Below, piece by piece: positions 48,353 through 57,167 of a stretch of 64,000 bases of DNA (position 1 is the first letter of the stretch; every line of letters begins with the position of its first letter). Source of the DNA: a virus. Lineage: Duplodnaviria > Heunggongvirae > Uroviricota > Caudoviricetes. Position numbers and translations under genes: made by a program. A model generated the notes under the pieces. The model saw only the letters and a list, made by a program, of their open reading frames with translations, was not told the DNA's origin and made no database searches. The DNA lies in IMG/VR virus record IMGVR_UViG_3300006092_000059, positions 12,516 to 76,515 of that record; one strand, written 5' to 3'.

Positions 48353-48445
48353 TGTTCTGTGTCATTAAATATTTTCTAGATTTACCTAGAATTAATACAT
48401 GAATTGTTTTTGTTCTCTTTAATTTAATCATAAATTCAATTTAGT

Positions 48446-48520
48446 GGTTCCTACAGGATTTGAACCTGTGACCTTGACATTATGAGTGTCCTGCTCTAAC
48501 CAGACTGAGCTAAGAAACCT
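48446..48520 (-). tRNA. tRNA-Met (anticodon CAT; could be an Ile-lysidine type)
   Basis: Reverse complement GGTTTCT-TA-GCTC ... GAGC ... anticodon loop CTCATAA ... T arm ACAGG-TTCAAAT-CCTGT ... acceptor AGGAACC. Cloverleaf by hand. Confidence 0.7.
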
Positions 48521-48524
48521 TTGT

Positions 48525-48721
48525 ATACCTGGATGGAATCGAACCAACTCACTCTATTACGTAACCTTGTGATGTATTCTGATATTTTTGAAAAGTTACC
48601 TCTTCGTTGAATATACTCTAACATGGAAGGTGTAATAATCCCCCCGTTTCATACTCTTGTAAGAATATAAAGCGTGGGGAGATTACATAAAAATAGGCTT
48701 TGCCACTAAGCTACAGGTATG
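48525..48721 (-). tRNA. tRNA-like gene apparently split by a ~126-nt insertion (intron-containing tRNA, disrupted tRNA or pseudogene); anticodon unresolved
   Basis: The 5' half at 48721 downward reads ATACCTG-TA-GCTT-AGTGGCA-AAGC-C-TATTT(TT). The 3' half at ~48563-48525 reads ...AATAG-AGTGA-GTTGG-TTCGATT-CCATC-CAGGTAT-A. The acceptor halves ATACCTG/CAGGTAT are perfectly complementary, and D and T arms are present. The intervening sequence holds a 10-bp hairpin (TAATCTCCCC ... GGGGGGATTA). Confidence 0.4.
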
Positions 48722-48765
48722 CAGTGTTTTTTCCGCAATAGGAGAGACCACTAAACTCATTATCT

Positions 48766-49065
48766 TTATTCCCTCATGATATAAAAGTCCTCACTGTCTT
48801 TACTAATCTTAAGAAGTAAATTTCTTACTCCAACAGATATAACAGCGTGTTCTGTATCATCAAAAGAGGCATAATAGTATCTACCAGATGGTATATACAT
48901 TGTAAAATAACATGGGACATCTACATCTAAATGATCTGGACATTTTAATTTGATTAAGAGTACATGACATGCAGTATCTTCTACTTCATTAATCAAAAAA
49001 CCAGGTTTAGCATGAATTCTTAATTCATAATCATCCTGTGCAAATTTTCTTTCTCTTACAACCAC
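48766..49065 (-). CDS. hypothetical protein
   Basis: 99-aa ORF. Confidence 0.35.
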   Translation of the reverse strand: MVVRERKFAQDDYELRIHAKPGFLINEVEDTACHVLLIKLKCPDHLDVDVPCYFTMYIPSGRYYYASFDDTEHAVISVGVRNLLLKISKDSEDFYIMRE

Positions 49066-49252
49066 CTACTTTCTGTATTACAGTGAATACAACTCGTGGT
49101 TTAAATTCTTTTCTCTTAATCTTAGAGATTTGCTCTGTAATAAATTCAGCATCTTTAGGAATAGTGTTATTCTCTGAATATCTTCTAATTACATTTCCAA
49201 TTCTACTCATAATTTTAATCTTTCTTTTACTAAGTTGATAATTTTTTTCCAA
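49031..49252 (-). CDS. hypothetical protein
   Basis: 73-aa ORF. Confidence 0.3.
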   Translation of the reverse strand: MEKNYQLSKRKIKIMSRIGNVIRRYSENNTIPKDAEFITEQISKIKRKEFKPRVVFTVIQKVGGCKRKKICTG

Positions 49253-50340
49253 TTCTTGGCAGGTATTTCATAATTCTCTAAGTCTTTTAAACTCAAGCAA
49301 GGTTTGTTATTGATAATATATTCTTCAGCTTTTTCTTTTGTTGAAAAGAAAAAATATGTAGTTGAATTTTTTACATGACATTCTTTACAATTATCCCATT
49401 TTTCCACATTCCAGGGAACTGCTAAACTATTAGGTTTACCTACTGAATAAACTGTAAAATTTTCTTCATAAATATCAACTCCATCTTCTGTAGTGAATAA
49501 TGGTTGTTTATAATGTTGAATATCTTTCAAACTATAGCAACAATTAATATGTAAAATCTTACCATTCATAAGAATATCATTTGTTTTTTCACAAATAAAT
49601 AATCTATCAATAATAGGTGTTTGTATAATACTATGTGGAGGACAAGCTTGATACTTTATTTTATCTCCAATCTTAAACTCTACTCCATCAGATAGTCTTT
49701 TGACACTATAGATTTCTACTAAATTACTAGAAACAGCTCTTAACATTTCTTTTAATGTGGCTAATGAATTAGCACCATTATTACTAATATATTTATTCTT
49801 ATTTAAATAATAAATTACACTTGAATCTATTTTTCCTCTAAAAGCAGTAATTTCATATTCTTTAGGTTTTACTTTAATAACATCTTGTATAGTTACTTTA
49901 GTATGTCCATCTTCAAACCATACTCCTAATCCTCCTAACCAAGGGCTACCAGTTCTTTTTATAGACTCTTCTGATGTTTCAAATTTAGTAATTATGCCAT
50001 ATTGAGTATTGTCATTAATAGTAAATACTTCACCATCAGATTCTCTACGAATTGAATGAATTCCCCATCCAGGATTACCTTTAATATTTTTTAAGTAGGC
50101 TTTTATTTCTTGTTTAGCTATTAAAATAACTCCTTTTTGACTATTATTAAGAATTTCAATTAAAGATAATATAGTATATTCATCTTTAATTTCTTCCCAA
50201 TCTGAAGAATTCTCTACTACCCAAGCTGGAAGTATTTCTTCTCTCTCAGTATCCATATTAATACAATATTGAGAAGTAACAAATTTTTCAGCTACTTTTC
50301 CAGTTTGTTTATGCTTGAATCTCTTTTTCATAATTTCCAC
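49207..50340 (-). CDS. hypothetical protein
   Basis: 377-aa ORF. Confidence 0.4.
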   Translation of the reverse strand: MEIMKKRFKHKQTGKVAEKFVTSQYCINMDTEREEILPAWVVENSSDWEEIKDEYTILSLIEILNNSQKGVILIAKQEIKAYLKNIKGNPGWGIHSIRRESDGEVFTINDNTQYGIITKFETSEESIKRTGSPWLGGLGVWFEDGHTKVTIQDVIKVKPKEYEITAFRGKIDSSVIYYLNKNKYISNNGANSLATLKEMLRAVSSNLVEIYSVKRLSDGVEFKIGDKIKYQACPPHSIIQTPIIDRLFICEKTNDILMNGKILHINCCYSLKDIQHYKQPLFTTEDGVDIYEENFTVYSVGKPNSLAVPWNVEKWDNCKECHVKNSTTYFFFSTKEKAEEYIINNKPCLSLKDLENYEIPAKNWKKIINLVKERLKL

Positions 50341-50699
50341 TTTTCAATTTCTAAAATAGGTTTTTTAATTATCAGTTTTTGAAGCTTTTTGTATAAATCT
50401 TCTACTTTCTTTCTGTGTTCATCAAAATAACTTCTTACACTATAATTTTCAGCTCCCTTGCAAAGTAAAATTTTATCCCCATTACTTAATTCAATTCTTA
50501 ACCTAGGAGATTTTAATACATATGTAGCTTTTTCTCCTATTCTTACTGTACCACCTGGAGTATGATACTTTGGATTATTAATATGACAGTCATAATAATA
50601 ACCATTGTATTCTATAGAAAGAATATTCTCTGTATTAATATTAAGTTCACCTTGTGAATCTTTTACTGTAATGAAGCTCATGGTAAATATTTTATACAT
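50328..50699 (-). CDS. hypothetical protein
   Basis: 123-aa ORF. Confidence 0.35.
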   Translation of the reverse strand: MYKIFTMSFITVKDSQGELNINTENILSIEYNGYYYDCHINNPKYHTPGGTVRIGEKATYVLKSPRLRIELSNGDKILLCKGAENYSVRSYFDEHRKKVEDLYKKLQKLIIKKPILEIEKWKL

Positions 50700-50884
50700 C
50701 CAAATACTAAAGCAAATAGACTATACGCAGTAGTAAATATTAAACTAACAGATAGAACATCAGGTTCTCTGTCAAATATTGCTGCTTTTTTATTTTTAAT
50801 AAGATACCACCATCCTGTAGCAGTAAAACTTATTATTATTGTTGATAGTGTTATCATTTTTAAATTTCTTTCATTATTAAACAT
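50678..50884 (-). CDS. small membrane protein
   Basis: 68 aa with two TM helices. Confidence 0.3.
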   Translation of the reverse strand: MFNNERNLKMITLSTIIISFTATGWWYLIKNKKAAIFDREPDVLSVSLIFTTAYSLFALVFGCIKYLP

Positions 50885-51114
50885 TTGATATTAGAATAAG
50901 GGATAAATAATGTATCTTTTCCCCATACTATATGTAAAGCTACATCAGTTTCATTTCTGAAGTGAACTTTAATTTTTTCTTCTCTTAAATATCCATAATT
51001 AGGATTAGTTACTATTAAGTGTTTATCAGTAGCTTCTTCCTTAAACTGAATTCTGTCAATAGTGCATTCATTTTTTATCATAGAATGTACTAATTGTATA
51101 TCATACTCTTTCAT
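50860..51114 (-). CDS. hypothetical protein
   Basis: 84-aa ORF. Confidence 0.3.
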   Translation of the reverse strand: MKEYDIQLVHSMIKNECTIDRIQFKEEATDKHLIVTNPNYGYLREEKIKVHFRNETDVALHIVWGKDTLFIPYSNIKCLIMKEI

Positions 51115-51825
51115 CTAAATGTGATTTGTAAAAGCATCTGGCCTCATTCCTTTTGCTTCAAGTTTAATCCTTGTTTCTTCTTTTTCCCTTAATACTTTTT
51201 CTCTAAGAATTCTTCTAAATTCTAATTCAGTTAGAATAGGAATTTTCTTGGATCTCCTGCTGTTTAGTATTTTTTGTCTTCTTTTCTCAGAATAATATCT
51301 TTTAAATCTTCTGTCTTGTTTAGACTCAAAATACTCAGCATTATCTTTAATTAGAATAAAATACTGTTTATGCCAATACTCTCCAGCAGGATAACTATTA
51401 TCATACCTGTTAGGATAAGCTTGAATAATTTTCCAGGTAGTTCTTTCCCAAGACCATGGATATCTATAAGCTTTTTCTAAATAAAGATTCGGAATCTTAT
51501 TAATACAGATAGATTTCTTTGGCTTAGTTATCATATATTCCTGAATTTTACCAAACTCATCAATATAATAATTAGCATATCCCCATTCAGGAGCAAATTC
51601 TTTTAAAAAATATTTTTGTTGATACTTAGGAACTAATCTACAATAATGACTAAAAGCCTCTTCAAAAGTTCTTCCAAGATATTTAGTAATAATTCTCTGA
51701 GCAATAGTGTAAGGATAATAATCTCCTACTTTATGACATTCATCATCTTTATAGTTATGTTTCCATTTATGATGTTTATTAGATTCTCTATAAGGTAAGT
51801 TTTCTAATTTTTCTATATCAATCAT
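51115..51825 (-). CDS. hypothetical protein
   Basis: 236-aa ORF with a basic C-terminus. Confidence 0.4.
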   Translation of the reverse strand: MIDIEKLENLPYRESNKHHKWKHNYKDDECHKVGDYYPYTIAQRIITKYLGRTFEEAFSHYCRLVPKYQQKYFLKEFAPEWGYANYYIDEFGKIQEYMITKPKKSICINKIPNLYLEKAYRYPWSWERTTWKIIQAYPNRYDNSYPAGEYWHKQYFILIKDNAEYFESKQDRRFKRYYSEKRRQKILNSRRSKKIPILTELEFRRILREKVLREKEETRIKLEAKGMRPDAFTNHI

Positions 51826-51838
51826 TGTATAAATTTTG

Positions 51839-51912
51839 TGTGTTAGAGAGGATTTGAACCTACTGTCTTAGGATCCACAGTCCTACACTCTAGCCAATTG
51901 AGCTACTAACAC
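51839..51912 (-). tRNA. tRNA-His (anticodon GTG)
   Basis: Reverse complement (G)GTGTTAG-TA-GCTC ... anticodon stem TAGGA/TCCTA with loop CTGTGGA ... TTCAAAT T-loop ... acceptor CTAACAC, which pairs perfectly. An extra G sits at -1, as in bacterial tRNA-His. The T-stem has one mismatch. Confidence 0.55.
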
Positions 51913-51920
51913 CGTATTAA

Positions 51921-52394
51921 TTATTTGTATTTCTTGTTTCTTCCTCTAAAGTTTCTTGTCTGAGAATGACAATTAGGACAAAGTAGTTGTAGATTAGTAA
52001 AGGTATGATCATTACTAATACCGTTAATATGATCTAATTCTAGAACAATTACTGAATCATTCCATTCACATATTCCACAACATTTACATTTATACTCTAA
52101 TAATCCTTCTCGTAATAATCTCTTTTTTAGATGATTTATACTTATAAATAAACTATCCTTTACTAGAATATCTTCTAATTTAATATCTTTTTTAAATTTT
52201 CTAAATCTACTTCCTTGATTCCAAGCTTTTCCAGTAAAATGTGACGTATCTATATTAAATTCCTTTATCTTAAAATTTAAAGTTCGATAGTTACCTCCTA
52301 CAGGTTTAATGTTTAATTTTCTACATACATCTGCTATTGATAAACTTTCTTTAATGGTATTTTCTAATTCTTCTTTTGTAAATTTGTATTTCAT
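51921..52394 (-). CDS. HNH homing endonuclease
   Basis: CKCCGICEW ... LELDHINGISNDHTFTNLQLLCPNCHSQT. Confidence 0.65.
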   Translation of the reverse strand: MKYKFTKEELENTIKESLSIADVCRKLNIKPVGGNYRTLNFKIKEFNIDTSHFTGKAWNQGSRFRKFKKDIKLEDILVKDSLFISINHLKKRLLREGLLEYKCKCCGICEWNDSVIVLELDHINGISNDHTFTNLQLLCPNCHSQTRNFRGRNKKYK

Positions 52395-52471
52395 ATCTTA
52401 ATTATTTAAGACACGAAAATAAGCAAATCTTTCGAGATTACCAAATTTATAATTAAAATGTATTATTTTAG

Positions 52472-52557
52472 TGAGGATAGCAGGGGTCGAACCTGCAAGA
52501 GTATTACTACCCTAAAGCTTTTTAAGAGCTTCTTGTACACCAATTCCAACATATCCT
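52472..52557 (-). tRNA. tRNA-Leu (anticodon TAA), long variable arm
   Basis: Reverse complement GAGGATA ... anticodon stem AAGCT/AGCTT with loop CTTAAAA ... 18-nt variable arm ... T arm GCAGG-TTCGACC-CCTGC ... acceptor TATCCTC. Confidence 0.65.
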
Positions 52558-52571
52558 CTTTCCAAATAAAG

Positions 52572-52641
52572 TTGGAGGTACTGGACTCGAACCAATACAC
52601 AGAGGCCCAAAACCTCTAGTTCTACATTAAACTAACCTCCA
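52572..52641 (-). tRNA. tRNA-Gln (anticodon TTG)
   Basis: Reverse complement TGGAGGT ... anticodon stem AGAGG/CCTCT with loop TTTTGGG ... T arm ATTGG-TTCGAGT-CCAGT ... acceptor ACCTCCA. Confidence 0.6.
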
Positions 52642-52838
52642 ATTTTATCTCTTGTTGTATGTCTATTCCTTTTAGCTTTGCTTTTCTGAGGAATAAATGT
52701 TGCATTTGAATTCTTACTTTTTCTTCTTTTACTTCTACTTCTATTATAGTAATAAATTCCCACTCTATCTGGTAGGATAGCTACTGTAGGATAAAAGTCT
52801 CCAAAGTATAACAATGCTGATATTAAATATACTATCAT
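52632..52838 (-). CDS. questionable small basic ORF (3' end overlaps the tRNA-Gln 5' end)
   Basis: 68 aa with a very basic tail. Low coding plausibility. Confidence 0.2.
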   Translation of the reverse strand: MIVYLISALLYFGDFYPTVAILPDRVGIYYYNRSRSKRRKSKNSNATFIPQKSKAKRNRHTTRDKIGG

Positions 52839-53134
52839 TTTGTTTTTAATTCTACTACTACAACTTTTCCTTTAGGAGTATTATATGATTTAGGTTTTCT
52901 TGACAAAGTAAGATCTTTATCAAAAGTTCCTACAGGAGCTGTAATAGGATTAGTACGTTTAAAACTAATTCTAGTCACTCTATTAGGTACAGAACATACT
53001 GTACAATATGCTTTACCATTCTCTTTACCTTTAGAAAATCCTAAATTATGTAATCTTCTTTTCTTTCCATAAATTCTGTCTTGTTGTTCATCTGTACAAG
53101 TACAGTCTAATACTACTGTTGTGTCCTTTGCCAT
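52835..53134 (-). CDS. hypothetical protein with Cys pairs (zinc-ribbon-like)
   Basis: CTCTD ... CTVCS. Confidence 0.35.
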   Translation of the reverse strand: MAKDTTVVLDCTCTDEQQDRIYGKKRRLHNLGFSKGKENGKAYCTVCSVPNRVTRISFKRTNPITAPVGTFDKDLTLSRKPKSYNTPKGKVVVVELKTK

Positions 53135-53135
53135 G

Positions 53136-53354
53136 TTAATCTTTTAGTTCTTTTAATATTTTAATACACCAGTGAAATACTGTTGGATATTCTCTATACT
53201 CATTACGCTCTGAATGCCAATCAGGATTATATTTATACCATTCTTTTTTTATTTCAAATTGGTATAAAAAATTTACTAATACTGCAAGAGTTTGTGCAAT
53301 ATACACCAGTACTGACCAAACCATTAAAACTATTGGTACGATAATATATTTCAT
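53136..53354 (-). CDS. small membrane protein
   Basis: 72 aa with an N-terminal TM helix. Confidence 0.3.
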   Translation of the reverse strand: MKYIIVPIVLMVWSVLVYIAQTLAVLVNFLYQFEIKKEWYKYNPDWHSERNEYREYPTVFHWCIKILKELKD

Positions 53355-53977
53355 AATGTTAAAAGTTTATCTAAGTTAATATTATTTGGTAGACTTCTGT
53401 ATTCAATTCTTTTTCCAAATTCACCATCCTTAATAGCATAAACTCCTGGAACTCTTTTTGAATTTTTTATCTCAGAAGAAAATATTTTATCCAAATTTCT
53501 AATAATAGTAGGAAACTCAAACAAAGTATTACGTGTTTTATATGTATACTTTTCTTTTTTATCTTCTTTACTATAAGTGTAAAATGATACTTCTTCAGTA
53601 TTTGATATATTAATTTGAAGAGAAGCTTTAAACTGTTTTACACTTAAAATTTTTCCAGTAGATTTTCCATAAATAGAAAAAGTTTCTAATTGGTTCTTCT
53701 TTTCAGAATAACCTCTACTTGCTCTAAAATCTTTTAGAAATTTATCATCTACTTTAATCTCAGGAATTAATAAAAGTGTATATCCTTTCTTACTTAGTGC
53801 TTTTTCTTCCAGATATAAGAGTTTTTTAAGCTCAAATACACAATCAGTAATACTATCATGCACTTTAGTTCTTAGTTCACCTATAATATGATTTCCATCA
53901 ACATTATAAGTACCTTCTATAGCTGGTACTATATTTCTTTTCTTTACAAAGAATTCAAGTTCTATTCCGTATTTCAT
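53351..53977 (-). CDS. possible third amidoligase-like protein (short)
   Basis: N-terminus MKYGIELEFFVKK matches the YbdK/amidoligase GIELE motif. Only 208 aa, so possibly truncated or diverged. Confidence 0.3.
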   Translation of the reverse strand: MKYGIELEFFVKKRNIVPAIEGTYNVDGNHIIGELRTKVHDSITDCVFELKKLLYLEEKALSKKGYTLLLIPEIKVDDKFLKDFRASRGYSEKKNQLETFSIYGKSTGKILSVKQFKASLQINISNTEEVSFYTYSKEDKKEKYTYKTRNTLFEFPTIIRNLDKIFSSEIKNSKRVPGVYAIKDGEFGKRIEYRSLPNNINLDKLLTL

Positions 53978-54195
53978 TTTTTGTTTTTTATGTTTTTAAA
54001 TTCATAGTGACTAAACCTTACTATGCTGTCTTTTGTAATCCAATCACAAGGCATATCAATAGGTTGATATATAATGCGACCTGGAAGTTTAACTTCAAAA
54101 TAGAAACGACAATTTATATTGTCTAATTTCTCTACTTTTTTAATTATTCCTATTCCAGATTCTTGGAATAAGAGTAGGAATATTAGAAGTTTCAT
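53974..54195 (-). CDS. hypothetical protein
   Basis: 73-aa ORF. Confidence 0.3.
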   Translation of the reverse strand: MKLLIFLLLFQESGIGIIKKVEKLDNINCRFYFEVKLPGRIIYQPIDMPCDWITKDSIVRFSHYEFKNIKNKK

Positions 54196-54196
54196 A

Positions 54197-54403
54197 CTAC
54201 CAACTTATATGTTTACTACCTACAGTATATCCTAATTCAGTTAGTCTTTTCTTTACTGAGTCAGTAATAAGATCTTCAGTACTTGTATTATACTTTCCAT
54301 TATTAGCAGCTGCTTGAATTTGGAATATTAAAGTATTATACATTCTTTCATCTCTTTCTTGATTTTTTTCAAGAGATTTCTTTTTTGCTTCTTCTGCTGT
54401 CAT
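54197..54403 (-). CDS. hypothetical protein (start trimmed to the internal Met; the track ORF start at 54454 overlaps tRNA-Trp)
   Basis: MTAEEAKKKSLEKNQ... Confidence 0.3.
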   Translation of the reverse strand: MTAEEAKKKSLEKNQERDERMYNTLIFQIQAAANNGKYNTSTEDLITDSVKKRLTELGYTVGSKHISW

Positions 54404-54424
54404 ATTTTTATTTTTTTTATTTAG

Positions 54425-54496
54425 CACCCCAGACTGGATTCGAACCAATATCACTGGTTTTGGAGACCAGTATACTAACCATTATACTACTGAGAT
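54425..54496 (-). tRNA. tRNA-Trp (anticodon CCA)
   Basis: Reverse complement ATCTCAG-TA-GTAT ... anticodon stem CTGGT/ACCAG with loop CTCCAAA ... T arm ATTGG-TTCGAAT-CCAGT ... acceptor CTGGGGT. The acceptor pairs fully, with two G-U. Confidence 0.6.
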
Positions 54497-54804
54497 AAAA
54501 AATCTTTTCTGTCCAATTTCTAAGTGGACTAAATTTATTTACAATATCTACTTAAAAACGCAGATAGTCTTGATAAATAATATTTATCTTTACATAAAAC
54601 AACACCTACTTAGATTAGGTCTAATAATTACCAAATTAGGCTTCAAGCTTAGCTTACATGGATATTTAACGAGCCTCTTATTAGTGTTTTACTTCAAGCA
54701 GAAAAGACTTTGTGGAGATGGAGGGCAATTGTTATAGTTTGTTAATTCATTTGGAAATTTCAAAGAAATGTGTTATATTTACCACATCTCCAAAATAACT
54801 AAAC

Positions 54805-55269
54805 ATGAATATAGATTACATTTCTGGATTCTTTGATGCTGATGGCTCTATCACTATGTCATATAGCTCTAAGAAAGATACTTTTAGGACTATAAAAATA
54901 GACTTTACTAATAATGAAAAAGATATTTTAATATCTATTCAAAAATTTTTATTAGAAAATTATAGTATTAAAGCTTATATAACTTCTAAGGAAATTAAAA
55001 AAGCTAATCATAATAAAGCTTATGCTTTATCTGTGTCAAGCAATCAAATGTGTTATGAATTATGTAAAATTTTAAAATCAATACATCCTAAAAAACTACA
55101 TAGGATTAATACAATTTTAAAATATCATAATATTGTAACAAAAAGAAATGGAAAATATAATTATAAACAAACTATGAGAAAATTGGCTTATGAAAGACTA
55201 TTTTTCTCCTCACTTTTTCAAGTAAGATCGGACTATATCATCATCCCCACAAGGGGAGTAGGAAGCTAA
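54805..55269 (+). CDS. LAGLIDADG homing endonuclease (single-motif, I-CreI-like size)
   Basis: ISGFFDADGS is the LAGLIDADG motif at residues 6-15. 154 aa. It is the only + strand gene in a long - strand block. Confidence 0.75.
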   Translation: MNIDYISGFFDADGSITMSYSSKKDTFRTIKIDFTNNEKDILISIQKFLLENYSIKAYITSKEIKKANHNKAYALSVSSNQMCYELCKILKSIHPKKLHRINTILKYHNIVTKRNGKYNYKQTMRKLAYERLFFSSLFQVRSDYIIIPTRGVGS

Positions 55270-55385
55270 ATCTGGTTATTAAGAACACTTTAGTTCTCCA
55301 GTAGTCTCTGAACCTTTACAAAATGTATTTTGTACTTGGCTGCTGATTGGCATAGATTTTTCCTTAGCTTTCCAGCAATTCATCC
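55225..55385 (-). ncRNA. group I intron catalytic core (P, Q, R, S elements) on the - strand; the total extent, probably ~55150-55520, and the host gene are unresolved
   Basis: On the - strand, in the correct order and spacing: P AATTGCTGGAAA (consensus AATTGCGGGAAA; + strand coordinates 55369-55380). Q AATCAGCAGC (AATCCGCAGC; 55339-55348). R TTCAGAGACTAC (TCAGAGACTACA; 55301-55312). S ATGATATAGTCC (AAGATATAGTCC; 55230-55241). Hairpins lie between R and S (AGAAC ... GTTCT, TCCCC ... GGGGA). Confidence 0.55.
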
Positions 55386-55610
55386 TATTTTTACATTAGT
55401 GTTGCCACTAAGTCAACCCTTTGAGTTGAACCCTCGTATTCTCTACAGGTATTTAGAAAATTTATTTATAAGCTTAGGCATATTTTAAGAAAATAGCCAA
55501 AATTAGGGCTGATCAGAATTGCTTCTAATTCAGAGTCCACCATTGTATTTTGTTGAAAACACAAAAAACTGCGCTATTTACCCAATAGCAGGTTAGTAGT
55601 CTTCTGTTCC

Positions 55611-55744
55611 TAAGCTTCTACTAGCTCGAGGCCTTGATATGCAGCAACTTCTTCTTCAGAAATATTATCTGCAATTCCCTCTAAGAGGTCATCAATGCCA
55701 GTCATGTTCAACTTACTGTTGTCATTTACTGTTTCAGTATCCAT
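55611..55744 (-). CDS. possible small acidic protein (~44 aa, below the ORF-track cutoff)
   Basis: Reverse strand reads MDTETVNDNSKLNMTGIDDLLEGIADNISEEEVAAYQGLELVEA. Confidence 0.2.
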
Positions 55745-55926
55745 TTTTATGATGTAGTATACCAACCATCAACTTAATTTTCTAACATATTGTAAAGAGC
55801 TTGCCCGTCATCCCCATGGTGATAACAGAGTAGGTGAGGTTAAAGTAAACATCAGGCACAGGTACGTACGATGTGTGTGCAGTATATTTTACCTAGTACA
55901 TTTCACTTTCTCTGTTATCAGTATTT

Positions 55927-56160
55927 TTATTCCCAAGCTCCAAGACACCATGCTATAATTACAAGAAATCCTCCTGCTAATGCTATGCATAGCTGAAGTA
56001 CCCATACTGCTAAATATGCACTCCAAAATGTCTCATCTGGTTGAGAAGTTCCTACAGTTACTCCTATCAAAATAGGAAATAAATTACAAAGTAAAAATAT
56101 TCCTAAACTTCTTTTGGCGAAGATAGTTAATTCTTTATTTGAATATTCTGGTAACTTCAT
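55927..56160 (-). CDS. small membrane protein
   Basis: 77 aa with two TM helices. Confidence 0.3.
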   Translation of the reverse strand: MKLPEYSNKELTIFAKRSLGIFLLCNLFPILIGVTVGTSQPDETFWSAYLAVWVLQLCIALAGGFLVIIAWCLGAWE

Positions 56161-56908
56161 GAGTATTAGTTTTTTGTACTTGTTTACTTACTGTTGATAA
56201 GATAGGTGTGTATTTAAAACTATTTCGTCTCAAAAAGGTATTGTATAAGCTTCCAGGAAATTGCTTTAATAAGTTTTCATGCTGCGCATTTACACTCTGC
56301 AAAGCTTTTTCTTGTTGAAAGAATCCTTCACTGTTATTATTTGCCAGTTCAAGTAATTGTTGATAAAAACTACTTACTTGTGTATAATTAGCACTTGGAT
56401 CTATTAATCTTATAGCTCCCATAAAAGCACTTAGATTCTGTGGCTGTCCCAACATTACAATATCTACAATATGATAGAAACTACTATCATTTCGTAACGC
56501 AATTTGAGAAGTTCCAGCTACCTGGTCATATGCTTTATCATAGAAAGTAATTCTTTCCTGTTCTAACTGTTTAAACTCAGTAGTAAGAGCTACCTCTTTA
56601 TTACTAAAATCAATTACTTGAGATACTTGATCCCATACAGCTGTACCTACTACAAAAAATATTACAGCAAGTAATGAGCCAATTATAAGTTTTTTTAAAT
56701 TCATTTTGTTTTTGTTTTTTAATACTAAATAATGTGTTAATGTAATTGGGAATATTAAAGCCAATATATAGGCTGTAGTTTTTCTGTCATATTTATCCCC
56801 TAAAAGATATGACTTCATGAACGAAATTGTAATATCCTCATCTTTGTTTAATAAATAAACAGTTAAGAGATAAATACTACATACCGTTAGAATAGCTATG
56901 GAACTCAT
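56135..56908 (-). CDS. membrane-anchored hypothetical protein
   Basis: N-terminal TM segments including an internal MNLKKLIIGSLLAVIFFVVG signal anchor. Confidence 0.4.
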   Translation of the reverse strand: MSSIAILTVCSIYLLTVYLLNKDEDITISFMKSYLLGDKYDRKTTAYILALIFPITLTHYLVLKNKNKMNLKKLIIGSLLAVIFFVVGTAVWDQVSQVIDFSNKEVALTTEFKQLEQERITFYDKAYDQVAGTSQIALRNDSSFYHIVDIVMLGQPQNLSAFMGAIRLIDPSANYTQVSSFYQQLLELANNNSEGFFQQEKALQSVNAQHENLLKQFPGSLYNTFLRRNSFKYTPILSTVSKQVQKTNTHEVTRIFK

Positions 56909-57167
56909 CTGGTAAAGTATCTATTAGTTTCTTGGTTACATAAAAATAATTTCCTTCATAAAGATACCTTGTTTTTTTAATAGTTTCATATGACTTTGTA
57001 GGATCAAATGTATATTTTTTCAAGATTAGTTCTTTATGAGTTACTTTTGTTGATTGTTTTTCTGTTTTAACAGTTGGATTAAAAGTATAAAATAAACTGT
57101 TATGCATATAGTGTATTGCTCCTAATGTAAATAAGAATACACTTGCTAAGATTAATATTTTTTTCAT
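56877..57167 (-). CDS. secreted or membrane small protein
   Basis: N-terminal signal peptide MKKILILASVFLFTLGA. Confidence 0.35.
   Translation of the reverse strand: MKKILILASVFLFTLGAIHYMHNSLFYTFNPTVKTEKQSTKVTHKELILKKYTFDPTKSYETIKKTRYLYEGNYFYVTKKLIDTLPDEFHSYSNGM

Noticed and set aside
48521-48720. Alternative reading of the split tRNA region as two independent tRNAs or plain intergenic DNA
   Set aside because: Neither half alone forms a cloverleaf, but together they give a perfect 7-bp acceptor stem plus D and T arms. It is therefore kept as a single split or disrupted tRNA-like gene at low confidence.
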